DNA from: Callorhinchus milii
Lineage: Eukaryota
DNA length: 64,000 nucleotides
Direction of reading: 5' to 3'
NCBI RefSeq assembly: GCF_018977255.1
Contig: NW_024704742.1
Location: 23,996,001-24,060,000, forward strand
Part shown: piece after piece, positions 63,604-64,000 of the stretch
Layout: every line of letters begins with the position of its first letter
Numbering within the stretch: position 1 is the stretch's first letter
The notes under the pieces: model-generated
Database searches by the model: none
Seen by the model: the letters and a program-made list of their open reading frames with translations, nothing else
What the model was told of the DNA's origin: nothing
Position numbers and translations under genes: made by a program

Positions 63604-64000
63604 CTGCAAACGTAGAGAATGGGTGTTACATTTCAAAATGATTCTTCTTTTCAATTCTACTCTTCCATTTATTAAGGGTTTTAATCATGTAACCAGATAT
63701 TTAAGAAGTTGGTTGTCATTACGAAAAAATAAATCAACTATTCAACACTTCCATAGTACAAAAGCAGTATAATATTCTAACAGAGAAAGATAATTTAACA
63801 TTTAAGGATATATTAACTTTTCTAGTAGTATTGTTAATTTAATGGTCCTGATGAAATCTCAAAGCTGAAAATGTTAACCAATCGTATGGATGCTGACTGA
63901 CCTCCTGTGGATTTGTAATTCAGATTTCCAACATTCAGTTTAATCGCACTATTATTGTGATATACCTCTCAAATAATCGTGGCTTTGCTCTACCTGCACT

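Noticed and set aside
63604..63654. ORF-track extension MKRRIILKCNTHSLRLQ of the alpha ORF
   Set aside because: Lies upstream of a clear 3' splice site, so is intronic; starts at TTG.
63896..63950. Possible small upstream exon ending GAG|GTCAGT
   Set aside because: Falls in a degenerate Penelope-like remnant; weak acceptor.
1..64000. CRISPR arrays, operons or an intact autonomous transposon
   Set aside because: Eukaryotic intron; no regularly spaced repeats, and all LINE fragments are truncated and frameshifted.

Overview
Vertebrate genomic DNA, most likely a cartilaginous fish judging from its CR1/L2/Deu-type SINE/Penelope repeat content (inference). The whole window lies inside the 5' part of FBXW7 (minus strand). 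Three isoform-specific first coding exons are recognisable in the human order: alpha (63067-63603, MNQELLS...), gamma (ends 45120, ...IITQGLPCCRRR) and beta (641-679, MGFYGTLKMIFFK). Each ends in a phase-0 GT donor; the shared F-box/WD40 exons lie left of the window. The rest is intron with old LINE/SINE fragments, MITE-like palindromes, unclassified repeats and microsatellites. Most interesting points: (1) a candidate fourth phase-0 N-terminal exon at 11291-11419 and a weaker one at 59303-59380; (2) a stop-free, apparently coding-constrained 23-codon extension upstream of the alpha ATG; (3) the beta leader resembles the mammalian beta N-terminus but is out of frame and centred on a p53 response element; (4) the gamma exon lacks the mammalian ATG and has a uORF whose stop overlaps the first in-frame ATG; (5) Penelope-type minimal hammerhead ribozyme motifs. 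Comparisons with human FBXW7 and repeat consensuses are from memory and need confirming by alignment. Repeat boundaries are approximate.
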